A stretch of 64,000 bases of DNA, from assembly GCA_051531975.1 (NCBI GenBank), contig JAOPTT010000006.1:384656-448655 (forward strand), written 5' to 3'. This stretch comes from Spirochaetaceae bacterium (GTDB lineage: Bacteria > Spirochaetota > Spirochaetia > DSM-2461). This document shows positions 9,225 through 23,600 of this stretch, piece by piece. Each line of letters starts with the position of its first letter. Within the stretch, counting starts at the first letter, position 1. A program made the translations under genes and the position numbers. The notes beneath the pieces are model-generated. The model worked only from the letters and a program-made list of their open reading frames with translations. It was not told the DNA's origin and did not search any database.

Positions 9225-11657
9225 CTATTTTAACCAAAATGGTAATTTACTATTAAGATTAACGAAAGGGGTGTAAATCTGTGCTCTCCACTTTTCATTT
9301 GTTAATCTATCATCTATAGGATGTTGAAATTCATAATAACTAAATGTATATCCAGTTGCTATTCTTTTACCACCATGCTCATCATTTAATGCTACAAACA
9401 TCCTTTTAGGCAAACCTGTTCCTATTTCCAGTACTTTGCCCTCGTCTAACTGTGTGAATACATCGGCTATTATTGGCATTTCTGATTGTTCACCGATTTT
9501 AGATGAAATTATATCAGCTAATATATTGGGCACTTCAGAAATATAATCATTTTGATTATTAGAAATTGGAGAATTAGTTAACTCTAGATTAACAATTTCA
9601 GTTAAGTTTGTTACCACCTCTTGTAATCTAGAAAATTTAATAATATATATTGGATTTGATTCTATCAATATTGAATAGTTATGGATTTCAGTTATTAAAA
9701 TATTTAATGTTTTAAAGAACTCTATGTTGGGTTCCACAAAATGAATAGGTCTTGGATAAAGGATCGTATCAAAGGTTAATAGCTCTTCTGGTTCAAAGCT
9801 TGTTAATGACATTACTTGTTTTACATATAAGATTGTATCATGCCTTAATTCTGCCCATGAGCCGTGAGCTGATAACAATGATTTTTTATTCCATCTACCT
9901 TTCTCTGTAAAATAGAAAGAGGAGTTCTGCTCAAATTGAGTTAGTTGTTTTATCAGTTCTAAATTTCTACTGTAATATGATTTAGACCATAATAGGTCCG
10001 ATGAATCTGTATATTTTAATAGTTCATCGGAAATTATACTTTTATATTCTTCCCAGTATATTTTATCCTTTGAACTTTGTGTTAATAGATTAAAAGCAGT
10101 TTTGCTACCAAATGCAGCCATAATATCTAAACCGCTAACCCAAGATCTACCACTTAATTTTGGTACTGATAATTTTGAATGAATATCTGAATCAATTGTA
10201 AATCTTGAACCAAACAATCTAAAATTATTAGATTTACCTTTAAAAGTATCCGATTTCAGGAAATCTACAATCTTTATATCATCTAGTATTTCTTTTGGTA
10301 ATAGATTCAAAGTGTCATAAAAACTAAGATCTGCAGACTCCCCTATTAAATATGTTATTGGATCAAATAATGATTTCCATAAATTATGTAATTCATCACT
10401 TTCTATTAACATATTATTTAAAACGATGGCCATTTTAGTATTTAAAATATCTAGATCTGTTGGGACTTTATTCTTTTCTACCTTTAAAGTCATGTTTGTC
10501 TGTGCAAACCAAACCATAGTTAAAAAATATGCTTTTAGTTCATCACTTTTTGTATAATGTCCTCTTGGAATATATTTTGAATAATCCTGGTTATACTTTA
10601 AAACTGGGGATAATTGTGGTTTTGCATGGTTTATAATAAGATTGTACTCTTCTATTATTTCCCTAGATTCATTTTTTAATAGATCATTATTAACATTATC
10701 CTCTGAACTATAGTTTAGTAATAATTTAGGAATATTAAAATAATTTAACATATATTGGCTTAATTCAGATTCAAGTTCTAAGTTTGATATTGAATCTATA
10801 AATCTATCTATAAATATTTCTAATTTTGGAATCATGTTAATTTCTTCTGATTGTAAAAAGTTATTAAATAAAATGTGCTGGGTATGAGTTAATAGATCAG
10901 TTGTTAAAAAAATTGAATTATCTCTTTGTTTACTATCTTTTTGATAAATGGAAACCATATCATCTGGACTTGTAGCTGTTATTTCATATTCTGATGGTTG
11001 AATAGTTTGAAATATTATTCTATTAAGTTCAATATCTTGTTGTTGTAATTGGTTTAATATGTAATTTCCATTATATGGGGTAAAAAAACTACTCTTTATA
11101 TCTTTTGTATAATTGAATGATGTTTTAGTTGCTTTTTTAAGGTCATCATAAAATATTAAATTTGCCCCCCATACTAAACCTTTAATTTTGTTATAGTTGG
11201 TAACATAAAAATAGTTAGTATCTTTTTTAAACTGAAAATGATCATTCCATATCTCGCCTTCAATACGCACTTCAGATTCTATAGGTATAATAGTTCCAAT
11301 AGGAATGTCTGAAATATGTTTTAATTTTTTTAGATCTGAGTTTGAATATAAATCAATTTCATCATATAAACTAACACCATTATTTGCTACAACGGCATAT
11401 TTAATTGCTACTAGTTTAGATTCTTCTATATTTTTAAATACTAAATCATCATATTTTGATTCACCTATATTGAGATCAAAAATTAATTCAGGTTTTATTA
11501 CTTCTTTAGGCTTCTCTTCTAAAATAGCAATAGCCTTTTCTTCTATCACTTCATCAGATAAAATATTGATATCAACTATATCTTTTATTAATTCATCATT
11601 TTTATTACAAGAAACAATTATTATGCATAATAATATTACTACGATTATTTTTTTCAT
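9225..11657 (-). CDS. DUF3160-like lipoprotein
   Basis: Lipobox IIVSC after MKKII start; DYSKYIPRGHYT, YFLTMVW, GSWAELRHDTILYVKQ, IIADVFT, SYYEF...RLTNEKW motifs recognised as DUF3160. Confidence 0.8.
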   Translation of the reverse strand: MKKIIVVILLCIIIVSCNKNDELIKDIVDINILSDEVIEEKAIAILEEKPKEVIKPELIFDLNIGESKYDDLVFKNIEESKLVAIKYAVVANNGVSLYDEIDLYSNSDLKKLKHISDIPIGTIIPIESEVRIEGEIWNDHFQFKKDTNYFYVTNYNKIKGLVWGANLIFYDDLKKATKTSFNYTKDIKSSFFTPYNGNYILNQLQQQDIELNRIIFQTIQPSEYEITATSPDDMVSIYQKDSKQRDNSIFLTTDLLTHTQHILFNNFLQSEEINMIPKLEIFIDRFIDSISNLELESELSQYMLNYFNIPKLLLNYSSEDNVNNDLLKNESREIIEEYNLIINHAKPQLSPVLKYNQDYSKYIPRGHYTKSDELKAYFLTMVWFAQTNMTLKVEKNKVPTDLDILNTKMAIVLNNMLIESDELHNLWKSLFDPITYLIGESADLSFYDTLNLLPKEILDDIKIVDFLKSDTFKGKSNNFRLFGSRFTIDSDIHSKLSVPKLSGRSWVSGLDIMAAFGSKTAFNLLTQSSKDKIYWEEYKSIISDELLKYTDSSDLLWSKSYYSRNLELIKQLTQFEQNSSFYFTEKGRWNKKSLLSAHGSWAELRHDTILYVKQVMSLTSFEPEELLTFDTILYPRPIHFVEPNIEFFKTLNILITEIHNYSILIESNPIYIIKFSRLQEVVTNLTEIVNLELTNSPISNNQNDYISEVPNILADIISSKIGEQSEMPIIADVFTQLDEGKVLEIGTGLPKRMFVALNDEHGGKRIATGYTFSYYEFQHPIDDRLTNEKWRAQIYTPFVNLNSKLPFWLK

Positions 11658-11664
11658 GTTGTAT

Positions 11665-14600
11665 TTAATCATATTTTACAATAATTGGTGAATAGATTTT
11701 ATGTGTTTTATTATTAATTTCAACTTTAAAACATAGTTCATAACGCCCTACTTTTTGTGGAATTTTAAAATGTGTATTTAATCCTTCTTTAGTTTGTAAT
11801 ATTTTATTTTTTGAATCCAAAATAAACCAATTGGCATTTTCCCAAGATGATGCTGAAATTACTGCATTAGTTTCTATTCTATCAAAACTATTTAAATCTT
11901 CAAAATAACTAGGGACATCTATTGTTATAATGTTATCAATATTCTCTGCAATAAGTATTCTACTAATTCCTTTTTGAAATTCTATATAGTCATCTTCAAT
12001 ATATTTCTTCTTTAATATTTTATATGAATTATATGATTCTATAACTTCCCAAGTAAAATCAACTTCAATTTTTGAATCAACTATAATAAACATATTTATA
12101 TCTGATTCTGCTCTCATACTGATAGTGTCTTTATTAAAACCGAGAATTTCTATAGCACCCTGGAGATAATTAGGTAACTGTGGACTTTTAACTTTACTAA
12201 AAGATATGTTTTTTGAGTCAGTATTTATATTAGAAATAAATTGTTTAATACCTATAACATTTAAGGTATAGGTTTTCCAAACACCAAAATCACCTGATGT
12301 TGAAATACCTCTATATTGTATAGTGTGTAATCCTTTCTGAAGTTCTATAACATTTTTATATGTATTAATAATATTATTAGTAAAACTATACTCAATTTTG
12401 ATTAAATCAATATTACTACTTTCTAGACTTAATGTATTATCTACTTCATTAAATTTAACAACAATAGTTTCAGTAAGATCCATATCATAGTCACCAATAT
12501 TAATAATACAGTTCTTCACTACTCCTATATTACCTGCATTATCTATTGATCGAAAACTTACTAAATAAGATCCTAGAGTTGAAAACAAAATTTCACTTTT
12601 ATATGTTATATATTCAGATCCATTAATAGAGTACTCCATTTTGTTTATACCGGATATTTTATCAGTACCACTTAAGTTTAATAATGTCCTGTTATCTTGA
12701 ATGTTAATATTATATTCTATCACAGGAAGTTCAAAATCAACTTTAACATTTAGTAACCTTACATCCTCAATTAATCCCATAGTGTCTTTTGATCTATATA
12801 ATATATTATGACTACCATTTAATAAAATTATAGGCTTAGTTATTTCTTCCCAAATACTTTTTTTGTTTATGCTAACTGAAGATTTTGATTCTATATCTTT
12901 ACTTGTAAATGTTACTTCAGGAATTGATTTGTAATAATCATTTAATCCATCTGGTAGTTCTGGATATATATCGTAAGTTGTATTTGGTTTATATATATTA
13001 TTTCTACCTGAGTAACATTCAACTTCACCACTGTTATTTAATGCATAAATATTTTTATCATTTGATATAATAGAAATAAAGTTACCACTGCTATTCCATA
13101 TCTTATTTAGTGTATATAAATTCCAAGAATTTAAACCATAACTATCAATTGTAAAAAGTTTGTCCGATGTTAAAATAAGTTCAGAAATCTCCATGTTTGT
13201 ATATAATTGTGTTTCATCTAAACGATTCACAAGTAATAACTGACTACTGTTATATATAACTAAAAACTTATCATTTATTACAATTTTACCATTTGTGATT
13301 CCAGAATCAAATTCTTTAATAATGTTGTTGTCTCTGTATTCAATATATTTACCATCAAAATTTAGAGTTGATTTAATATCATTATATTCTGTTTCAAAAG
13401 AACTACTTTTGTTAATATTTACCAAACTATCTGATGTTATTACATATTCAAAAGTGTCTAATGAAAATTTTATATAATTATTTTCTGATTCTAATAGAAT
13501 GAAGTTTCGAATGCTAGAATAACGTTTTATCTTAGGTATTTCCGTTAATAATTCACCGTTTTTAATATTGTATATTCTAAAGATACCATCTGATAAAGAG
13601 AATATATAATTTGAGGATAATATTGGATTACTAAAATGTCCAACCGACCTAAGTTTTACAATGCCATTATATTTATTTATGCAATACAATATATCATCTG
13701 ATATTGAATAAACAAAATCTCCTGATGAAAGTAAAAGTTCACTATTATTATTAGATTCAGATACCCACTTCAGATTATATTCTGCAGGTGAAATAGTATT
13801 ACTATATCGATTGTTATTTATTGGACCTTCTCTTTGATACCACCCATCATCATCAATAATTATAGTTAATGTTGAAATTAAAAATTTATTAAATATGTCG
13901 TTAACTCGAATGGAAAAATTGAATGTTCCAATTTCTTTTGGGATACCAAATACATTCCCAGTTAAAGAATCTAATTGCAGACCTTCTGGTAGATAACTAT
14001 TATTAAATAATTCAAATAGAATAATTTCATTTTCACTGTTTACAATTATTTTATCATTATATAAATTTTTCAGCTTTCCATTTTTTAACTTATTACTTTC
14101 TAACTTAAGCTGTTTTCCAACAGTAATATTTAAAGTCTTTTCTTTTATTAAAAAACCATCATTACCACTTAATATTACTTTATAATTTCCAGGCTTTATG
14201 TCGGGTCCAACTGAAATACTCAATAGAGTTGAGCCATTTAGTTTTACACGCTTATTTAAAACTGTGACACTAATGCCGATATTATCATTTATAATATTTA
14301 TATCAACACTGTTAGAGTATCCACTAATGTATAGTTTACCTTTGATAGTTTCATTAGGTAATAAATAAAAATTATTTTGAAAAGCATATAGATTAAAATT
14401 TTCAGTTATATAAGTATATTTTATACTATTAGATACGTTTTCTAATGTTTGAACTTTAACAATACCATCGACCTCATTAGTTCCAGCACTAAAAGTTAAA
14501 GTGTCATTTTTATAGTTTAAAACATCACACTCTTTATTATCCATATAAACTCTAGATTGTGGATTAAAACCAAATCCATAAATTATATTATCGTAAATAG

Positions 14601-17600
14601 TACTAATATGGGGTTTTACAATGTTTTTAACTACTTCCACAAAATACTCAACATCTATTTCATTTACTTTTAATTTTATTGAATATACATCAGGAATAGT
14701 ATTTTCTGGTATGTATATTTTTGTTGAAATAATATCTCCATCTATACTATTTGTAACTATCCAATTAATTGGAGAATTTTCTATTGATATGTTAATTTCA
14801 TCATTAAAACGGTTAATTCTATTAATTCTACTATAAAACCAAGAAAAGTTTTTTGGGTTTACTTTAGTTTTATATTTTAAATGTTCAAGTTTAATACTAG
14901 GTTTAATAAGTTCAACATCTTTTATTGTATATAGCGCATCAGAGTTTAATATTTTCAATTCTCCACTGTTTTGTTTGGACAACTTAGGAGCATAAATTTT
15001 TAAAGTTTTACTATTTGTATAATTAACAATACATAAAGTATCATCGATATAAGCTTTAGTACTTTTAGTAAATCCTGAACCTTTAACAAAAATAGTCGTA
15101 TTATCATCTATATGCCAAGTTTTAGGGCTGAAGTTTGTAACAATAGGACTAGGTTCTTTAACAATAATTTCCAATTTAAAACTTCTGAATACATCCACAT
15201 TATTTACATTTTTTATGATACCACTAATATAATAAATTCCTGGTAATACATCTGTTTTAGATTGATTAAATAATAGATCTATTTGGTAAGAACCTTCTTC
15301 TTTAAGACTTAATCTTTTATGTTTTATATTTAAGTCTAAAAATGATGGAGAACCGGATATTATTACTTCTGTGTAATCGTCTGTTAAATTAGTAGTTTCA
15401 GGTATAACATCAATATACAAAGTTGAATTATCTCCAATTGTTAATTCATGCTCCTGGTACTTTATTAAAAAGTTATTATCTGGATTATATACCTTACTTT
15501 CTATTTCAAGTAAAACTACATTTGAAACAGGTCCAAATTCATTTTCAACGTTATATGGAATAATGGAAAACTCATAGATATCTCCAGGATTCAGTGTTGA
15601 TAAAGATAATGATGTTAAATAACCTAAATCTATGGACTCTATAATATCTGTTGTTAAGTTATTTATTGTTAAATAGAAACCCTTAGATCTGTTAGGATAA
15701 TTATCTGAAAAAGAGATATTTACATATTGTTCATCTCTGTTAATTACTAAATCATCTATTGCTTCTAATTCATTAAAATTATTATTAAGGATTATTGATC
15801 CAGAGATATGTTTATAGAATTCTGGGTTTATTCCATCGTTTAGACCAACATATAGATAATACTCATTATTTGATAAAATTGTTAAGTTGGTTTTAATATC
15901 AAATTCACCTGATTCATTTAATATTACATCCCCTATTTTTAAACCTGTAAATGAACCTATTTTAGAAGAAGCATATACTGTAATTATAGGTTTAGACTCT
16001 GTATAAATTTTGACCTTACCTGAAACAGTATAATTAGTATTTAATTCCTGGTGTTTATCTAGAACTGTTAATATATCCAATTCGGGATTTTTATTAATTC
16101 CAACTGCTTTTATACTATAGAGACTCTCTTTTTTAAGATTGTCTACTTCTAATCTCCAGTTACCAGGAGCTGGGTCTTTTACTGCTAAGAGAATTTTATT
16201 CGATAGTCTTTCTATTATTATATTGTCATCACCTTCTCTGAAAACTTCACCGGTAGGACTAACTACGGAAATATGTGGATCTCCTTCAGTATATTCAAGG
16301 CAAAATATGATTCGTTTATTAACTCTATTACTTCTTTTTTGAATTCTATTAAAAGTTCTATATACCAAACGATTACTATTTGGTTCACTTGAGTCTAATA
16401 GTGTATACTCTTCAACATCACCTACATCAAAATATCCATCGGAACCTATAAAGAATCCAACACTACCTAAAATATTAAGTTCTATATAACCCTTAAAACC
16501 TTGTCTATCATCATTAAAATCACCAACTTCTATTCCAAGACGACCAAGTGACATAGGATCCTCAGGAAAGCCAAATAGAATGTCTTGTACTGATACATCA
16601 ACATAAGCTTCACCACAAAATCTTGTTTTATCATCTTCATCAAATAGATGAGCTCTTATTGTTCCTTCTAAATAAATTTTATTAAAAAAGTCAATTTCTA
16701 ACCCTGCGATCAACTCTAAACCGTAACTCTTAGTATAGATCGCTGTTGAATATGCAGTAAATAGCCCATCTAAATATTCAAGTTCACCTTTTAGTGCAAA
16801 ATCCAAATTAGTAGTATTTAACCAAAAGTCAGATTTACCAGTAACTGTTTTTTCTACATTAGTAATAGTTACACCTAATTCTATTCTCATTCCACTAGTA
16901 AACTTATCTCTTATATATTCTTCTAAATCATCACCAGGGGGTCCAAATGCTAAACCACCTCTTAAACCGGTTAATAAAAGACCTGTAGTACCTAAAGGTA
17001 GACCTCCAATATCCGCTTCAAACCCAAAATAAGCATACTTAAGACCTATTGGATAATCAGGATTTGAAATATTGACAAGGGATATTTTTGCTTCAACTTC
17101 ACCTATACTTGCAACAAAAACTTTACCTGAAGCACTAATCTCATAATCATCACCCGAAATAGCTAACAATGCACTCATATCTTTAAAAGTTAGTGCCCCT
17201 GTATTAATATCAGGAAGCTCAAACTCTCCTCCTGATATACTTAGACCATTTGAATCTATCTTAACATCATTTAATACAATAGAAGCAGAACCTAATGCAA
17301 CTGGTAAAACTAACTCAGACTTTGAACATGAAATTTGGTTATTATCTGAATCAATTTCAGGGGAATATAGAGATATTTTACAACCTAATAAATCAATATC
17401 AAGCTTTTCAACATTAACATCTCCGTAGAATTTCCCTGTATTGTCTATCCCACCGTCAGTTATATCAATTTTTTGATTTCCTAATGATGAAGGTAGAGTA
17501 ATAATACCTTTTGTAAATGAAAGTCCATCCTTATCAAAGCTAATATTATTAATGACACACTTCATATCAGCATACTCAATTTCTAACTCTTCTAAGGTAA

Positions 17601-20600
17601 TCTCTGATTCAATGATTTCTCCATCCCAGTCTATAAATATATAACCTCTAGTTTTGGTATTGCCTAATACTCCAACAAACCCATCCTCGATGGTTAAAGT
17701 TCCTTGAGCTGCAATACCTCGACTATCTACAGATAAGTCCTCTAGTTCCAATGTTAGGCCATCTACAACCTCATATTTAAATAGCTCTCCGGAAGTTAAG
17801 CCTATGTTCATGGAAGTAAAACCATTATTTGCTGAATAAACGATATCTCCACTTAATTTTGAATTAGTTAATTCAGAAGGCAGATTAGTATCTACTAATT
17901 GCAAATCACCACTAATGTTAAATAGTAGATCATTATCAATATCTGTTAATACACTAAGTTCACCATTAGTTAGGTGTAGTTTTTCAAAGATAATGGTATC
18001 TATATCAGATCGACTTATATCAACATCTATAGTTCCGTCAGAGTGTATTGTGAAATTATTTATTAATAATTCAGTATCCCCAAAAGATTCAGGTAATATA
18101 ATACTTCCACTAATAGTAGTTTTAATATCATTATTATCAGGAGCAAGTAGTGATATTGTTCCATTTTTAAGTTTATATCCGGGGAATATTTCAAACTGTT
18201 CTGTTAAGGAATAGGTTAAATCGCAACTTTCAAATCCACCAAAACTATTTATAGTTAACTCATTAGTAATTATCTTCGAACCTTGTAATTTTTCAATTGA
18301 GAAATTTTCATCAAATTCTATAACAGCACTGTTCAGTGAAAAGCTAATACTTTCTAAAATATTATTAGAATTAATAGATTCAATATTTGGTGTTATTGAT
18401 ATATTTGAACCTGATTTTAGTATTAAATTATCTACTAATTGTTTGTCTTCAGTGATTGTTAATTCTGAATCAAAAACTAAAATATTACCTAAGGAATCAA
18501 ATTGACCATTTACTGAGAAGATCTCTCCACCAATTCCTGGAAATGTTTCTGGTAAAATAATATTCCCACCAAGAGTAAAGTTTATTGGTGTATCTTCTAC
18601 GTAATTAATACTAAATACAAAGTCTGATATTGTTGAATCTAATACTCTTTTTTCTGATGATTCATACATTGCATTTAATGATTTAATTTTATTATTAGTG
18701 AGGTTATATTTAAATTCAGATATTACTAAAGTATCTGCTTGCATATCTTCTATAAGAAAAGTATTACCTAGGACTAAAACTCCACTCAGATCAAAATCAA
18801 TATCATCCTCAGTAATAGAAGTCCTAATATTTCCACTAAAAAGTAACTCTTTATTAGCTGTTAAAGATAAGTTCTCTCCCTCAAAAGTTGCATCTAACTC
18901 TTTAATTCTATAATCGTTATTAATTTGAAGTTTATGCACAGTGATAACTGGTGGGCTATCTTCACCATTAAATAGACCTGTTAATGGAAATATACCTCCA
19001 AATGTAAATCCCTCAGTTTCAGAGTATGAACCTGTTGTTATTGTAAAATTGTAATTTTCAATATCAACTTCAATATTATTAAAAAAGATCTCCTCTATTG
19101 AAAACTCTTTTGATGAAAAATCTAAACTTAAATTTTTAAAACCAGTACTCTCAACCGAAATGTTATCTAACCAATCTGTTGGAAAATATATTAAACCCTG
19201 ACCTATATTTATACCATCATTATCAATATTTATATCTGATATTGTGGTTACCCATCCATCTGCAATTTCAACTTCTATATCTTCTAGTTGTAGCTCAAAA
19301 ATTATTTCTTTTGTATTCATATTATAATTAAATTTATTTATATCAACATAAAAATCCCTAAGTTCTTCAACAAAAAAGTCACTAGGAAATTGTACAGATC
19401 CTTCTATTTCTAAATTATTTTCATTTATAATCAGATTATTTATATATAAATCTAAACCAAAAATATTTAATGGTTCTGAATTTGAATAAACAATATTAAA
19501 AGCTCCACTACTAAAAATTTCTATATTATTGAAACTTATAATTTCTCCACCAAAGATATCTCCATCAGGTAGTTTTATTGTTGAATTACTAATTTTAATT
19601 GATTCTGAAGTTAATTTTATAGTTTTAAAATCAAATGCCATATCAAATATAGTCAAACTAAGATTATTAATAGTTGTATTTGATGTAAAAGAGATTTTGT
19701 CATTATCTTTAGTTAATTTAATGTCATCCAAATAAATTGTTGTATCACTGAAATCTTCTGGTAAAATAACATTTCCAGATAATGTAATGCCATCAGATTC
19801 AAAAGAGATACTATCAATATCCATATTCCAACCTGCTATTGATATGTTTTTACTTTGCTTAATGTTTCCTGAATATATCTCTTCTCCTAATTTATTTAAT
19901 AATACATTTTCGATTTTAATACTGTTTTCTGCATCAATTTCTACAATACCACTTTGAATATAAATACCTTCATCAGTAAAAAAATAATCAATAATACTTA
20001 TTGAAATACCATTGTTATAAATTGTAATAGGTACAGTAATAGTTTTACTTAAAACTATCCATGATGATGTTATTTCAAATGGTGAATTACTAAAATTAAC
20101 TACTTTATCTGGATTTAGGTTTTCTGGAAGATATATAGAACCAGTGGAAAACATTTTTTCATTGTCAAAATATATTGTATCGGACTGTACTTTAAATCCA
20201 TTATTACTAGTAAATACAACCTTAGAGTTACTATAAAGTTCTGATAATAGTTCACCTTTATTATTAAAGTTTATATCGTTAAATTGAATGTCAAAATTTT
20301 GACTTCTATTAAATATCGATATGTTATCAAAGATTAACTCATCGTTGATTATATTTATTCCCTTAGTTATAGCATTAAATCCATAGACAGTAATTTCTGA
20401 TTCCATTGAAGTAAAGTTAGATAAAATTATATCTCCATTATATTTCATGTTAAATTCATGTAATTTTATCTGTTGTTTATCACCTAATAAAATTATCTCA
20501 ATTTCAGTATCACCACTTATTCCTAAATCAGTTATTTTAGGTTTATAAATATTAAAGTTCCAATTATTGTGGGAATAATTTATTGAATTTTCTAATATGG

Positions 20601-23600
20601 TATATGTTGTGTTTATTTGATCTGATTCAAGATCCATAATATTTAGTGCATTATTTGGGGAACCTTCTGGTAATAATATTTTACTTTCAGGAATAACCAG
20701 TATTCCATTATTATAATATATTTCAGAAAATTGTAGATCGAAACCACTTCGTAGTTTTAGTTTTGATATATTTTCATCAACATATCCAAACTGTATAAAT
20801 CCAACATCTAGCTGTTCATCAATTCTCATATTCGAATTAAAAATATCAATTTCTATGTTATTAAAAAACTTGGATAGATTTACCGATAGTTTTTTTGCCA
20901 CTAGGTTATTATCTGTTAGGACAATCTCTTTAATTTTGTATATTTCATTATCAGAATAGTTAATAGTGAGTTCATCAAAACTATAACCATCTTGTATTAT
21001 GTTCTCTAATGTAAAACTTATTACCGTATTATATATTTTTGATGTAAGACCCTGTTGAAATGATGATAGATCAATATCGCAATTTTCTAATAAAAATCCC
21101 TTATTCGTTATTTTTATATTGTGCTTTTTTGCATATAAAAAGAATCCACTTTTTGATTGATATGTTATATCGTTATCAATATTTCCCTGTGCATTTGGGC
21201 TAATGCCATTCCCATTAATTTGAAGATTATTAAAATATGATCTATTTTCATTAGAAATTATTTCTCCACTAGCCTGTATATGGTTATCATCAAATGTTAA
21301 CTTGTTTATATAAAAACTAATTTCATTATTATGTTTTATATAAAATGGTGTTATGTCATCTGGATTATTTATTACGACCCCATTTCTTGAGATAATCAGA
21401 TTTTTTAAATATACATTTATAGAGTTTCCATTTTCATCAACAGCTGTCTTCTCATCTTCAAATAAAAGTTCTGCATCTTTAATATGTAAATTATCAGCGA
21501 CTAATTCAGAATCTAAAACTTTTAATTTTACTTCTTCTGGACCCCATTTTAATAATAATTCATCATCAATTTTAGATGATATAAAAGACCCATCATGTGT
21601 TAATAATGAATTAGATATATTAATTGTTGAAATATTATCTATAAAACTAGTAATATTCAGGTTTTCATAATTTATAAAGTCGGTAATTGCTGCTGTTATT
21701 AATAATCTACTATTAAACAATTTAAAGATTGAAACGTTATTTAATATCCAAGATTTATTTATATTAACTTTTGAATTTATTGTTACTGGAGTTGATACTT
21801 CATATATTGAACTATTAATAATGGGATTTATTGATGAACTTAAATGTATATTTTCAAATAGTAATTTAAGTTCATCATTCTCTGTTGTAAACTTTATAAA
21901 TCTATTTATTAAATTAACACCTAATAAGGAATCGATATATAATCCACTATAAAAATCTTCTTCCATGGATGACTTAATATTAAACCCGTTAATATCTATA
22001 TCACTATAGGCATCAAAATTTTCACCATAATCAAATGTTTGGTTAAACTTTAAGTTAGTAAGTTCTAAGTTATTAATTTTATTGATATAACCTGGAACTA
22101 CAATTGAAGCTGCTGATTTTTCATTTGAATTAAAGTGTTGTTCACCATAAACTTTGAATCCATCAATGTTATATATGAAATCAACATAATCTAATTCATT
22201 ATCATTTATATCATTATTAAATGTGAAACTCTGACTACTGATATTTTGTAGTACTGGGATAGTATCTGTAAAAGTCGATATTGAAACTTTGTATTTCTTA
22301 TTTAGAACTAAACCATCAATATTATAACTTCTAATTTTTTTATCTAGTAATATTGAGTAAAATTTATCTTCTTGGTTTATTATTATCTTTTGTGACTCTA
22401 TATTTCCTATAACATCCCAAGTAATTATGGATGACAATGTATCAAGATCTTTTTCGATATCAGTTATATTTATTATTGGTAAAGATCTATTATATTTTAA
22501 TTTAAATAGATCTTCAGTCTGTTTATCCCCATAATCAGTAGCTATAACCTTTACATATTTGTCACCAATTATCTCATCCTTGGTTAAAGCTAATCGTATA
22601 AAACAACTATTTCCAACTCTTGTTATTAAAACATTACCTTCAATAAATGTATTGTTATCGTTACTAATATAATATTCATATTTTTTTACACCTGTCATAT
22701 CTGTAGGTTTTTGCCAGTTTAATTCTATCTCTCCATGAGAATATTCTTGATCTGAGTCTGGATGTGTTTGTGATTGAATTAATAAGTTTTGAGGTGGTGT
22801 CGTATCAATTCTAAATTTATGATCTAACGAAAACTCACTCTGTTGTTTACTATTTGTTAAAGCTCTAACTTTTAAAAAGTAATACTCATCAGTTAAGTTA
22901 TCTTTTAAACTATTTAAATTTAATAATGTTATTCCTCCATCAAAATTAGTTATTTCACTATCTATTATTAACTGTTCTGGTGCCAATATACCTTTATATA
23001 ATTGATATCTATATTTATTAACAAAGGCTAAGGAATTATTAGAGTTATCAGGAGATATCTTAAAGGTAATATTATTCAAAGTCGTAACATCAGTAATATA
23101 ATTTGCCTTTAGATATCCAGTTACCTTTGGTGGCAATATAGTTTTATTATTAATTCTGATAGTTTTATAGGTATAATTTTCTGATCTATTACCAGCATCA
23201 TCAAATAAATAGACATATAGATAATAAAGTCCTCCTCCATCTTTAAAATCTAATACTGAATTATTGTTATATTTTGTATAATTATCTTTGTTATAATTCA
23301 TATTAGATGGTAAAAGTTTTGTAAGGAAATATTCGTATCTTGGTATATCAATATCTTTTGAACTGTTTGTGAGAACTAGTTGTAAATTATTAGATGCTGT
23401 TATGCTATCTTCTAGAAGTGATGTTTCACCATTATTATTTTCAAACAGTGATATCTCTACTGTTTGAATGTCTGGGGATATTCTATCAATAATAAACTGC
23501 TTAACAAAATCTGTTGAAAATCCAACCTTGTCTGTCAATCTTACTGTTACATTAAACTTCCCATCGGGGATATCAGCAGAAAGAAAAATAGGTTCTGAAA